Assembly (NCBI GenBank): GCA_030527615.1
Contig: JAUNAM010000001.1
Coordinates: 25,244-89,243, forward strand
From: Clostridia bacterium
GTDB taxonomy: Bacteria; Bacillota; Clostridia; Oscillospirales; Acutalibacteraceae
Reading direction: 5' to 3'
DNA length: 64,000 nucleotides
Each line of letters starts with the position of its first letter. The first letter of the stretch is position 1. The notes beneath the pieces are model-generated. The model made no database searches. It was not told where the DNA came from and saw nothing but the letters and a program-made list of their open reading frames with translations. A program made the translations under genes and the position numbers. Shown here piece by piece: positions 18,868 through 27,190 of this stretch.

Positions 18868-18957
18868 AGTGATATTGCCTTACGGCAGTGATATTTGACT
18901 GACGTCAAGTGATATTGTGCTATCGCACAGTGATATTTTAAAGGCTTATGCCTTTAA
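18868..18957. repeat. Four AGTGATATT 9-mers alternating with four different short hairpins
   Basis: The 9-mers are at 18868, 18887, 18908 and 18929. The intervening palindromes are gcc-ttac-ggc, tgac-tgac-gtca, gtgc-tatc-gcac and ttaaaggc-ttat-gcctttaa. Confidence 0.85.
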
Positions 18958-18990
18958 AGTTTCGGTGTCGCGTTGCGACGGATATATAAA

Positions 18991-19011
18991 GTCGGCTTTG
19001 CCGACACATTA
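18991..19011. repeat. 21-bp direct repeat GTCGGCTTTGCCGACACATTA (left copy; right copy at 19646-19666)
   Basis: Two exact 21-bp copies bracket the 634-bp repeat-rich block. Each contains the hairpin gtcgg-ctttg-ccgac. Confidence 0.85.
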
Positions 19012-19132
19012 ATTATGCATTATGCATTGTGCATTAAAGAACGGATTACCACGAGGCAGCCGCCTCTCGTAATGACTGACGAAAAGTATTGTCATTGCGA
19101 AACACGATAGTGTTGTGGCAATCCGCCTCTTT
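19011..19132. repeat. About 120-bp repeat unit 1: heptamer run plus an 82-bp two-module composite (19043-19124) plus a GCCTCTT tail
   Basis: aattatgc attatgc attgtgc att, then GGATTACCAC-gaggc-agcc-gcctc-TCGTAATGAC, a 14-nt linker, then GTCATTGCGA-aacac-gata-gtgtt-GTGGCAATCC. Confidence 0.85.
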
Positions 19133-19194
19133 AATCTGTTATCTGCAAGCGTAGCGGTCTGATATCTGATTTGGTGTCGCGTTGCGACAGATGT

Positions 19195-19362
19195 AGGGTC
19201 TCTCTTTCCGTTAAAGCCGTTGGCTTTGCCACCTTTCTCGTCAGAGAAAGGCTGCCTCCCTCTGACGAGGGTGACTCCCCACAGTGTGGGGAGATGTCCG
19301 TAGGACAGAGGGGACGCGCTCCTGTCAGGAGGTGTCAGCGTTAGCTGACGGAGGGAGAGAGT
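19195..19362. other. Closed multi-hairpin domain: seven or eight consecutive short stem-loops enclosed by a purine/pyrimidine closing helix. Candidate structured RNA or DNA element
   Basis: Hairpins: aaagcc-gtt-ggcttt (19213-19227), cctttctc-gtca-gagaaagg (19232-19251), ccctc-tgac-gaggg (19258-19271), ctccccac-agt-gtggggag (19275-19293), tgtcc-gta-ggaca (19295-19307), ctcct-gtc-aggag (19319-19331) and gtcagc-gtta-gctgac (19334-19349). The flanks tctctctttcc (about 19199-19209) and ggagggagagag (19350-19361) can pair if G-U pairs are allowed. Confidence 0.45.
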
Positions 19363-19386
19363 TATTTAATGTGCAATCCGCCCCTT

Positions 19387-19630
19387 AATTATGCATTGTG
19401 CATTGTGAATTGTGCATTAAAGAACGGATTACTTCGTCACTACCGCTCCTCGTAATGACGATATAAAACGTCAGTCATTGCGAGCGAAGCGTGGCAATCC
19501 GCCTCTTAATTATGCATTGTGCATTGTGAATTGTGCATTAAAGAACGGATTACTTCGTCACTACCGTTCCTCGTAATGACGATATAAAACGTCAGTCACA
19601 GCACACCGCAGGCGTGGCAATCCGCCTCTT
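19387..19630. repeat. Two tandem repeat units of about 121-123 bp (units 2 and 3: 19387-19507 and 19508-19630)
   Basis: The copies are near-identical except in the second module. Unit 2 has GTCATTGCGA-gcgaagc-GTGGCAATCC and unit 3 has the degenerate GTCACAGCA-caccgcaggc-GTGGCAATCC. Each starts with aattatgcattgtgcattgtgaattgtgcatt. Confidence 0.9.
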
Positions 19631-19831
19631 GGTTTATTAATGTTCGTCGGCTTTGCCGACACATTATCTCAACTCTAAACTCTCAACTCTACTATCTAAA
19701 TCACAACATCTTGTGTGGTTGACATAATACTTTGCACAAGATAAATATTTTGCAAAAATTATTTGGTGCTATTGCACAAATTTAATTTTAAAACTTTGTG
19801 AAAATTATAAGAAATTTTTTTAAAAAAATGC

Positions 19832-19860
19832 TTGCATTTGTGGGACAGTTGTGTTATTAT
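19832..19860 (+). promoter_or_regulatory. Sigma-A promoter of the S10 ribosomal operon
   Basis: TTGCAT at 19832-19837, a 17-nt spacer, then TATTAT at 19855-19860 preceded by tgt, downstream of an A/T-rich UP-like tract. Confidence 0.55.
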
Positions 19861-20145
19861 CTTTAGGCACGCTGCGAAAATGCGGCGTAAATACATGCGT
19901 TGATGCAGGAGGTGGCTCGCTTTAAGCGAGGAAATTTCTGCGGAGTATGTCCGATTTTAAACCGGGCGAAAGAACTTGGAGACACTATTGGTTACTTGCG
20001 AAACCGACGGTGTCGCGACGATGCGAGTCGTTGCTCCGGAATTGCGTTAACCCCAGCAATTGCCGGTTTTATGTTGTGCTAAGTGGAAACACACGGCACG
20101 GTGTAAGTTTTGCCCGCCAACTAATTCAAGGAGGCGAAAGTTCAC
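19861..20145 (+). promoter_or_regulatory. Long GC-rich structured 5' leader of rpsJ, a probable S10-operon regulatory leader
   Basis: About 280 nt between the promoter and the rpsJ RBS (aaggaggcg), with many local stems such as gctcgc-tttaa-gcgagg and ccggcaattgc/gcaattgccgg. The small ORFs here lack an RBS. Confidence 0.45.
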
Positions 20146-20457
20146 ATGGCAGTGAAAGAAAAAATCCGAATTCGTATTAAAGGTTACGACCACGCACTTG
20201 TAGACCAGTCCGCTGAAAAGATAGTGGAAACCGCTAAACGTACAGGCGCTAGGGTTTCAGGTCCCGTACCGCTACCCACCGAAAAGGAAATCGTAACAAT
20301 TCTACGTGCTGTTCACAAATACAAGGACAGCCGTGAGCAATTCGAGATGAGAACCCACAAAAGGCTTATCGACGTAATCAGACCTTCAAACAAAACTGTT
20401 GAGGCTCTGACCGGTCTTGAGCTCCCCGCCGGTGTTGAAATCGAAATCAAGCTTTAA
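20146..20457 (+). CDS. rpsJ: 30S ribosomal protein S10
   Basis: [17 protein letters not shown]...THKRLIDV is canonical S10. Confidence 0.98.
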   Translation: MAVKEKIRIRIKGYDHALVDQSAEKIVETAKRTGARVSGPVPLPTEKEIVTILRAVHKYKDSREQFEMRTHKRLIDVIRPSNKTVEALTGLELPAGVEIEIKL

Positions 20458-20556
20458 TATATATTATATATGTATATTAAGTGCAGTTTCAAATAATTAA
20501 ACACCGCACGGTCATGTCAACCTATGTTGACCAATAACCAAAATGGAGGAAAAGTT

Positions 20557-21186
20557 ATGAAAAAGGCTATCATTGGCAAAAAGCTTGGTATGACCCAGCT
20601 TTTTGATGCAAATGGTAATGTTGTTCCGGTTACAGTTATTGAAGCAGGTCCCTGCGCAGTAGCTCAAAAGAAAACAATCGAGAACGACGGTTACGAAGCT
20701 GTACAAATCGGCTACGGCGATTTAAAGGCTTCTAAGGTAAACAAACCCCAAAAGGGTCACTTTGCCAAAGGCGATGTTGCTCCTAAAAAAGTTCTTCGTG
20801 AATTCCGTTTTGAAGACACAAGCGCTTATAATGTAGGCGACATCATTAAAGCAGACGCTTTCGCAGAAGGCGATGCTGTTGACGTAAGAGGTACATCTAA
20901 AGGTAAGGGCTATGCCGGCGTAATCAAGCGTTGGAACTTCAGCCGTCTTAAAGAGTCACACGGTACAGGTCCTGTTCACCGTCACGGCGGTTCTTTGGGT
21001 GTTATCGACCCTGCAAGAGTTTTCAAGGGTAAGAAAATGGCAGGTCACTTAGGTCACGAAAGAGTAACAGTTCAAAACCTTAGCGTTGTTAAGGTTGACG
21101 CAGAAAAGAACATCATCGCTGTTAAGGGCGCGGTTCCCGGTCCTAAGGGCGGCATCGTGGTTCTTTTTGACAGCGTAAAAGCTTAA
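20557..21186 (+). CDS. rplC: 50S ribosomal protein L3
   Basis: [19 protein letters not shown] ggagga at 20545-20550 favours ATG 20557. Confidence 0.97.
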   Translation: MKKAIIGKKLGMTQLFDANGNVVPVTVIEAGPCAVAQKKTIENDGYEAVQIGYGDLKASKVNKPQKGHFAKGDVAPKKVLREFRFEDTSAYNVGDIIKADAFAEGDAVDVRGTSKGKGYAGVIKRWNFSRLKESHGTGPVHRHGGSLGVIDPARVFKGKKMAGHLGHERVTVQNLSVVKVDAEKNIIAVKGAVPGPKGGIVVLFDSVKA

Positions 21187-21205
21187 GGGAAGGAGTGTTT
21201 GAACT

Positions 21206-21829
21206 ATGCCAAATATTCAAGTTGTTGATATGACAGGTAAAAAGGTTGGTACAATCGACCTTAGCGATGCAATCTTTGGTATCGCACCAAATGCAGTAGT
21301 TATGCACGCAGCAGTTGTTAACTACCTTGCAAATCAGCGTCAGGGCACACAGTCCACTCTGACTCGTACAGAAGTTTCCGGCGGCGGTAAAAAGCCTTGG
21401 AGACAAAAGGGTACAGGCCATGCTCGTCAAGGCTCTACAAGAGCTCCACAATGGCGTCACGGCGGTATCGTACACGCACCGAAGCCAAGAGATTATTCAT
21501 ACTCTCTTAACAAGAAGGTTCGTCGTCTTGCACTTAAGTCTGCACTTTCTGACAAAGCTCTCGGTGGAAACATCATCGTTCTTGATGAATTTAAAATGGA
21601 CGAATACAAAACCAAGACTGCAGCTGCTTGCCTTAATGCAATCGGCGCAGGCAAGAAAACATTGGTTGTACTTGACAGCAACAACACTTTCGCTGTAAAG
21701 AGTATTGCAAACATCAAGGGTGCAAAGGCTGCTCAGGTTAACACAATCAACACCTACGACATCATTAATGCTGACACACTTGTTATCGTTAAGGGTGCTG
21801 TAGCACAAATTGAGGAGGTGTACGCATAA
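21206..21829 (+). CDS. rplD: 50S ribosomal protein L4
   Basis: GGGKKPWRQKGTGHARQGS motif and S10-operon order. Confidence 0.97.
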   Translation: MPNIQVVDMTGKKVGTIDLSDAIFGIAPNAVVMHAAVVNYLANQRQGTQSTLTRTEVSGGGKKPWRQKGTGHARQGSTRAPQWRHGGIVHAPKPRDYSYSLNKKVRRLALKSALSDKALGGNIIVLDEFKMDEYKTKTAAACLNAIGAGKKTLVVLDSNNTFAVKSIANIKGAKAAQVNTINTYDIINADTLVIVKGAVAQIEEVYA

Positions 21830-22122
21830 TGAAAGCTCCACAGGACATCATTATTGCTCCGGTAATTACCGAAAAGAGTATGTCAGGCATTGCCGACAAA
21901 AAATACACCTTCAAGGTCGCTAAGGACGCTAATAAGCTTGAAATTGCTGACGCAGTTGAAAAGCTGTTCAAGGTAGACGTTGCCAAGGTAAACACCATTA
22001 GTGTGCGTGGCCAAAAGAGAAGAATGGGCCGTTACGAAGGCTACACCGCTTCTTGGAAGAAAGCAATCGTTACACTAAAGCCCAACTCAAAGACAATCGA
22101 GTTCTTTGACGGTCTAATGTAA
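21829..22122 (+). CDS. rplW: 50S ribosomal protein L23
   Basis: IIIAPVITEKS...YTFKV. The ATG overlaps the rplD stop (TAATG). Confidence 0.97.
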   Translation: MKAPQDIIIAPVITEKSMSGIADKKYTFKVAKDANKLEIADAVEKLFKVDVAKVNTISVRGQKRRMGRYEGYTASWKKAIVTLKPNSKTIEFFDGLM

Positions 22123-22213
22123 TTTAAAAGCACACAGTACAGGAAATTCGATTTCCGGTGATGTATGAAGTGGAAAATCCACTTCGCTAAGCCAAAATAG
22201 GAGAGTGAAACAA

Positions 22214-23041
22214 ATGGCAATAAAGCATTATAAGCCGACTACTAACGGTCGCCGTAATATGACAAGCATGGATTATTCTGAGCTTTCAAAGGTAGCGCCC
22301 GAGAGAAGTTTGCTTGCCCCACTTAAAAAGAATGCAGGCCGTAACAGCTATGGCCGTATAACCGTACGCCACAGAGGCGGCGGCAACCGCAGAAAGTACA
22401 GAATCATCGATTTCAAGAGAGAGCGTTTTGGTATTCCCGCTACTGTTCTTACACTTGAATACGATCCTAACCGTTCTGCATTTATCGCCCTCGTTCAATA
22501 TGAAGACGGCGAAAAGAGATACATCATCGCTCCTCAAGACCTTAAGGTTGGCGATGTTGTAGTAAGCGGTCCTGATGCCGATATCAAACCCGGCAACGCA
22601 TTACCGCTAATAAACATCCCTGTAGGTACATTCCTTCACAATATTGAGCTTTATCCCGGTAAGGGTGCACAGCTTGCCCGCAGTGCCGGCAATATGGCTC
22701 AGCTTATGGCTAAAGAAAACGGTATGGCACTACTTCGTTTGCCTTCAGGCGAGCTTCGTAACGTACCTGAAAAGTGCATGGCTACTGTTGGCACAGTTTC
22801 AAATCCGGAACACGCTAACATTAACTATGGTAAAGCAGGCCGTAAGCGTCACATGGGTTGGAGACCTACCGTTCGCGGTTCGGTAATGAACCCCTGCGAT
22901 CACCCCCACGGTGGTGGTGAAGGTAAATCACCTATCGGTCGTCCGGGCCCTGTTACCCCTTGGGGTAAACCCACATTGGGCTATAAGACCCGTAAGAAGA
23001 ATAAGGCTAGCGATAAGTATATCGTAAAACGCCGTAAGTAA
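22214..23041 (+). CDS. rplB: 50S ribosomal protein L2
   Basis: [14 protein letters not shown]...[11 protein letters not shown] aggagag lies upstream of ATG 22214. Confidence 0.98.
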   Translation: MAIKHYKPTTNGRRNMTSMDYSELSKVAPERSLLAPLKKNAGRNSYGRITVRHRGGGNRRKYRIIDFKRERFGIPATVLTLEYDPNRSAFIALVQYEDGEKRYIIAPQDLKVGDVVVSGPDADIKPGNALPLINIPVGTFLHNIELYPGKGAQLARSAGNMAQLMAKENGMALLRLPSGELRNVPEKCMATVGTVSNPEHANINYGKAGRKRHMGWRPTVRGSVMNPCDHPHGGGEGKSPIGRPGPVTPWGKPTLGYKTRKKNKASDKYIVKRRK

Positions 23042-23063
23042 TGCGACGAAAGGAGAATTCATA

Positions 23064-23339
23064 ATGGGAAGAAGCATTAAAAAAGGACCTTATGTGCAAC
23101 CTGTTTTGCTAAAGAGAGTCCTCGAAATGAATGAAGCCGGTGAAAAGCGCGTGCTTAAAACCTGGAGCCGTTCATCAACCATATTCCCCGATTTCGTCGG
23201 TCACACTTTTGCAGTACATGACGGTCGCAAGCATGTGCCCGTATATGTAACAGAAGATATGGTTGGTCACAAGCTCGGTGAGTTTGCACCCACAAGAACA
23301 TACAGAGGTCACGCCGGTTCTAAAACTACCGGTAAGTAA
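23064..23339 (+). CDS. rpsS: 30S ribosomal protein S19
   Basis: [11 protein letters not shown]...[11 protein letters not shown]. Confidence 0.98.
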   Translation: MGRSIKKGPYVQPVLLKRVLEMNEAGEKRVLKTWSRSSTIFPDFVGHTFAVHDGRKHVPVYVTEDMVGHKLGEFAPTRTYRGHAGSKTTGK

Positions 23340-23357
23340 GCGGAAGGAGAGTTAACT

Positions 23358-23693
23358 ATGGAAGCAAGGGCAATACACAAATACGCCCGTATTTCACCCC
23401 GCAAGGTGAAAATAGTTATGGATTTAATCCGTAACCAAGATGCTGAAAAAGCTATGGCTATACTCAAATTCACTCCTAAGTCCGCTTGTGAGTATTTAGA
23501 GAAGCTACTTCATTCAGCAATGGCAAATGCCGAAATGAAAAATATGGATATGGCAAGACTTTACGTTGCAGAGTGCTTAGTGTGCCCCGGTCCGATTCTT
23601 AAGAGAATCCGTCCAAAGGATCACGGTCGTGCACACCGCATCTTAAAGAGAACAAGCCATATGACAATCGTTCTTAAAGAACGTGAGATTTAA
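23358..23693 (+). CDS. rplV: 50S ribosomal protein L22
   Basis: [16 protein letters not shown]; operon order. Confidence 0.97.
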   Translation: MEARAIHKYARISPRKVKIVMDLIRNQDAEKAMAILKFTPKSACEYLEKLLHSAMANAEMKNMDMARLYVAECLVCPGPILKRIRPKDHGRAHRILKRTSHMTIVLKEREI

Positions 23694-23710
23694 GAAAGGG
23701 AGGTTTAATT

Positions 23711-24379
23711 ATGGGTCAGAAGGTTAATCCACACGGTTATCGTGTAGGCGTTATCAAAAACTGGGACTCACGTTGGTTTGCCAATGACAGCACCTTTGGT
23801 GATACATTGGTTGAGGACTATAACCTCCGTAAATACCTCAAGAAAACACTTTTCTCTGCAGGTATTGCTAAAATCGAAATCGAACGTGATGACAAGCGTG
23901 TAAGACTGCACATTCACTGCGCAAAGCCCGGTATGGTTATCGGACGTAACGGTTCTGAAATCGAGAAGCTTAAGGCTACATGCCAAAAGATGCTCGGCAA
24001 GCCCGTTATCGTAAACATTGTTGAGATTAAAAGCCCAGATGCTAATGCTCAACTTGTTGCAGAAAACATTGCAGCTCAGCTTGAAAAGCGTGTATCTTTC
24101 CGCCGTGCAATGAAGCTCTCAATCGGCAGAGCAATGCGCCTTGGCGTTAAAGGTATCAAAACACAGGTTTCAGGTCGTCTTGGCGGCGCTGAAATCGCAA
24201 GAAGTGAACAGTACCACGAAGGTACTATTCCGCTACAAACCCTCCGTGCCGATATCGACTACGGTTTTGCAGAAGCAAACACAACCTACGGTATCATCGG
24301 TGTTAAGGTTTGGGTTTACAAGGGTGAGGTTCTTAATGAAAATCGCCGCACAAATAGAAGACAAGGAGGTTCACGCTAA
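23711..24379 (+). CDS. rpsC: 30S ribosomal protein S3
   Basis: [24 protein letters not shown]. Confidence 0.98.
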   Translation: MGQKVNPHGYRVGVIKNWDSRWFANDSTFGDTLVEDYNLRKYLKKTLFSAGIAKIEIERDDKRVRLHIHCAKPGMVIGRNGSEIEKLKATCQKMLGKPVIVNIVEIKSPDANAQLVAENIAAQLEKRVSFRRAMKLSIGRAMRLGVKGIKTQVSGRLGGAEIARSEQYHEGTIPLQTLRADIDYGFAEANTTYGIIGVKVWVYKGEVLNENRRTNRRQGGSR

Positions 24380-24801
24380 TGTTAATGCCTAAGCGTGTTA
24401 AATACCGTCGTGTTCAGCGCGGTCGTTTGACCGGTGCTGCATCTCGCGGTACAACCGTAAGCCATGGTGATTTCGGTCTTCAGGCAACAGAGCCTGCGTG
24501 GATCACCTCTAACCAAATCGAAGCTGCCCGTATTGCTATGACACGTTATATCAAGCGTGGCGGTAAGGTTTGGATCAAAATTTTCCCTGATAAGCCAATA
24601 ACTGAAAAGCCTGCTGAAACTCGAATGGGTTCAGGTAAAGGTTCACCCGAATACTGGGTAGCAGTTGTTAAGCCCGGTCGCGTAATGTTCGAAATCGGCG
24701 GCGTATCTGAGGAGCTTGCTCGCGAGGCTATGCGTCTTGCAGCAAACAAACTTCCTATTAAATGTAAGTTTGTAACCAAAGAGATGGGTGGTGAGCAGTA
24801 A
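24379..24801 (+). CDS. rplP: 50S ribosomal protein L16
   Basis: [16 protein letters not shown]. Confidence 0.98.
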   Translation: MLMPKRVKYRRVQRGRLTGAASRGTTVSHGDFGLQATEPAWITSNQIEAARIAMTRYIKRGGKVWIKIFPDKPITEKPAETRMGSGKGSPEYWVAVVKPGRVMFEIGGVSEELAREAMRLAANKLPIKCKFVTKEMGGEQ

Positions 24802-25004
24802 TGAATGCAAAGGAAATCAGAGAATTATCAGTAACCGAGCTTAATGAAAAGCTTGCTGATTTGAAAGATGAGCTTTATAAGCTACGTTTCCAGCACGCCA
24901 TTAACCAGCTCGACAACCCCATGCGCATATCAGCTGTTAAAAAAGACATTGCTCGCGTACAAACTGTAATTCGCGAAGCAGAGCTTAACAGCGCTAACGC
25001 TTAA
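24801..25004 (+). CDS. rpmC: 50S ribosomal protein L29
   Basis: 67 aa, [27 protein letters not shown]. Confidence 0.96.
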   Translation: MNAKEIRELSVTELNEKLADLKDELYKLRFQHAINQLDNPMRISAVKKDIARVQTVIREAELNSANA

Positions 25005-25019
25005 GGGAGGTAAACTGGA

Positions 25020-25277
25020 ATGAGCGAAAGAAACCTTCGTAAAACAAGAGTAGGTAAGGTTGTAAGCGACAAAATGGACAAAACCGTTGTAGTTGCTATC
25101 GAAGACAACGTAAAGCACCCACTCTACAAGAAGATTATCAAAAACACAATCAGATTAAAGGCTCATGATGAGAACAACTCTTGTGGCGTTGGCGACAGAG
25201 TACTCATTATGGAAACAAGACCTCTCTCAAAAGATAAGAGATGGCGCGTTGCCGAAATAATCGAAAAGGCTAAGTAG
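25020..25277 (+). CDS. rpsQ: 30S ribosomal protein S17
   Basis: [19 protein letters not shown]...HDENN. Confidence 0.97.
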   Translation: MSERNLRKTRVGKVVSDKMDKTVVVAIEDNVKHPLYKKIIKNTIRLKAHDENNSCGVGDRVLIMETRPLSKDKRWRVAEIIEKAK

Positions 25278-25294
25278 TCAAGGAGGAAACAACT

Positions 25295-25663
25295 GTGATA
25301 CAACAACAGAGTTACCTCAAGGTTGCCGACAATACCGGTGCTAAAGAAATTATGTGCATCCGTGTTCTTGGAGGCTCCAAAAGGAGGTATGCCAACATCG
25401 GTGATGTTATCGTTGCTTCTGTTAAAAAGGCTGCACCCGGCGGTACAGTTAAGAAGGGCGACGTTGTTAAGGCTGTTGTAGTTCGTTCTGCAAAAGGTCT
25501 TCGCCGTAATGATGGCACATACATTAGATTTGATGAAAATGCGGCTGTTATCATCCGTGATGATAAAAACCCCAGAGGTACCCGTATTTTTGGACCGGTA
25601 GCCCGTGAGCTTCGTGAAAAGGATTATACAAAAATCCTTTCTCTCGCTCCGGAAGTACTTTAA
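25295..25663 (+). CDS. rplN: 50S ribosomal protein L14
   Basis: GTG start with RBS aaggagga. [17 protein letters not shown]. Confidence 0.98.
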   Translation: MIQQQSYLKVADNTGAKEIMCIRVLGGSKRRYANIGDVIVASVKKAAPGGTVKKGDVVKAVVVRSAKGLRRNDGTYIRFDENAAVIIRDDKNPRGTRIFGPVARELREKDYTKILSLAPEVL

Positions 25664-25680
25664 TGGGAGGTAAATTGAAT

Positions 25681-26004
25681 ATGAGTAAGCTTCACATTAA
25701 AACCGGTGATACTGTAGTTCTCCTTACAGGAGATGCTCAGGACCGCAAGAAAACCGGTAAGGTTCTTGAGGTTAGCCCCAGTGAAGGCAAGGTTATTGTT
25801 GAAGGCATTAACAAGGTTAAAAAGCACGTTAAGCCCCGCAAAGCCGGCGATCCTTCGGGCATAATCGAAACAGAGAGCGCTATCCTTGCTTGCAAAGTAC
25901 AGATAGTTTGCCCCAAATGTAACAAGCCCACTCGCGTTGGTATGGTTATCAACGAGGATGGTTCAAAAAATCGCGTTTGCAAAAAATGCGGCGCAACTTT
26001 ATAA
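25681..26004 (+). CDS. rplX: 50S ribosomal protein L24 carrying a C-terminal CxxC...CxxC motif
   Basis: MSKLHIKTGDTVVLLTGD KOW region. RBS gggagg at 25665-25670. Cys77/80 (CPKC, 25909-25920) and Cys100/103 (CKKC, 25978-25989). Confidence 0.95.
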   Translation: MSKLHIKTGDTVVLLTGDAQDRKKTGKVLEVSPSEGKVIVEGINKVKKHVKPRKAGDPSGIIETESAILACKVQIVCPKCNKPTRVGMVINEDGSKNRVCKKCGATL

Positions 26005-26025
26005 GAGATAAGGAGGACATGACTA

Positions 26026-26565
26026 ATGTCAACGCTGAGAGAAGAATATAAAAATTCAGTAGCTCCTGCATTGATGACCAAATTTGGCTATAAGAGCGTC
26101 ATGCAGATTCCGAAGCTCGATAAGGTTGTCATTAATGTAGGCTGCGGCGAAGCAAAGGATAACTCAAAGGTTATCGATGCTGCTATCGCAGACTTAGGAC
26201 TCATCACAGGTCAGAAGGCTGTTCCTTGCCGTGCAAAGAAGTCTGTTGCTAACTTCAAACTTCGTGCAGGTATGCCAATCGGCGTAAAGGTAACACTTCG
26301 TGGTGAAAAAATGTATGAATTTGTTGAAAGACTCTTTAACGCAGCACTTCCACGTGTGCGTGACTTCAGAGGTATCAACCCCAACTCTTTTGACGGCCGC
26401 GGCAACTATGCTATGGGCGTAAAAGAACAGTTGATTTTCCCTGAAATTGAGTACGACAAAATCGACAAGGTACGTGGTATGGACATTATGTTCGTAACTA
26501 CTGCTAAGACAGATGAAGAGGCTCGTGAGCTATTAACACTTATGGGCGCTCCGTTTGCGAAATAA
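26026..26565 (+). CDS. rplE: 50S ribosomal protein L5
   Basis: [34 protein letters not shown]. Confidence 0.98.
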   Translation: MSTLREEYKNSVAPALMTKFGYKSVMQIPKLDKVVINVGCGEAKDNSKVIDAAIADLGLITGQKAVPCRAKKSVANFKLRAGMPIGVKVTLRGEKMYEFVERLFNAALPRVRDFRGINPNSFDGRGNYAMGVKEQLIFPEIEYDKIDKVRGMDIMFVTTAKTDEEARELLTLMGAPFAK

Positions 26566-26578
26566 GGAGTAAGGAATT

Positions 26579-26764
26579 ATGGCTAAAACATCTATGAAAG
26601 TAAAGCAGGCTCGTCCCGCTAAGTTTTCAACAAGAGAATACAACAGATGCAAAATCTGTGGTCGCCCCCACGCTTATCTTCGCAAGTATGGTATCTGCCG
26701 TATATGCTTCAGAGAGCTCGCTTACAAAGGCGAGATCCCCGGAGTAAAGAAGGCAAGCTGGTAA
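26579..26764 (+). CDS. rpsZ: 30S ribosomal protein S14 type Z (zinc-binding, 61 aa)
   Basis: [21 protein letters not shown] Cys4 motif, 61 aa. Confidence 0.97.
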   Translation: MAKTSMKVKQARPAKFSTREYNRCKICGRPHAYLRKYGICRICFRELAYKGEIPGVKKASW

Positions 26765-26777
26765 GGAGGTTTACGGT

Positions 26778-27176
26778 ATGCAAATCACCGATACAATAGC
26801 TGATATGCTTACGAGAATTCGTAACGCATCTGCAGCAAAACACGATTCGGTTGATGTTCCCGCTTCTAAAGTAAAGAAGGCAATTGCTCAAATCTTGCTT
26901 GACGAGGGTTACATCAATGGCTTCACCGTAGAAGAAGACGGTAAGCAAGGCATGATTCATATTTCACTTAAATATGGTGCCAACAAAGCGCAGACCATCA
27001 CCGGTATTCGCCGTGTGTCAAAACCAGGTCTACGTATCTACACAAATGTAGAGGATATGCCTAAGGTTATGAAAGGCCTTGGTATTGCAATCCTTTCCAC
27101 CTCTAAAGGAATTATGACAGACAAGGCAGCACGCAAAGCCAACGTTGGCGGCGAAGTGCTAGCTTATGTTTGGTAA
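26778..27176 (+). CDS. rpsH: 30S ribosomal protein S8
   Basis: [14 protein letters not shown]. Confidence 0.98.
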   Translation: MQITDTIADMLTRIRNASAAKHDSVDVPASKVKKAIAQILLDEGYINGFTVEEDGKQGMIHISLKYGANKAQTITGIRRVSKPGLRIYTNVEDMPKVMKGLGIAILSTSKGIMTDKAARKANVGGEVLAYVW

Positions 27177-27190
27177 GGAGGTGCAGGGAT

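Noticed and set aside
18868-18957. CRISPR-like alternation of a constant repeat (AGTGATATT) with variable spacers
   Set aside because: The repeats are only 9 nt and the spacers only 10-20 nt. Each spacer is itself a palindrome. There are only four copies, and no cas genes or leader are present. I report it as a hairpin array instead.
19258-19275. CUGACGAG string resembling the hammerhead ribozyme CUGANGA core, with a GAAA nearby at 19246-19249
   Set aside because: I could not arrange the surrounding helices into stems I, II and III with a proper cleavage-site triplet. The string is explained by the ccctc-tgac-gaggg hairpin.
19900-20180. Two overlapping 60-77-aa ORFs in the track, upstream of rpsJ
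   Set aside because: They have no RBS and Arg/Cys-rich composition typical of GC-rich non-coding sequence. They lie in the predicted S10 leader, and the second runs into rpsJ out of frame.
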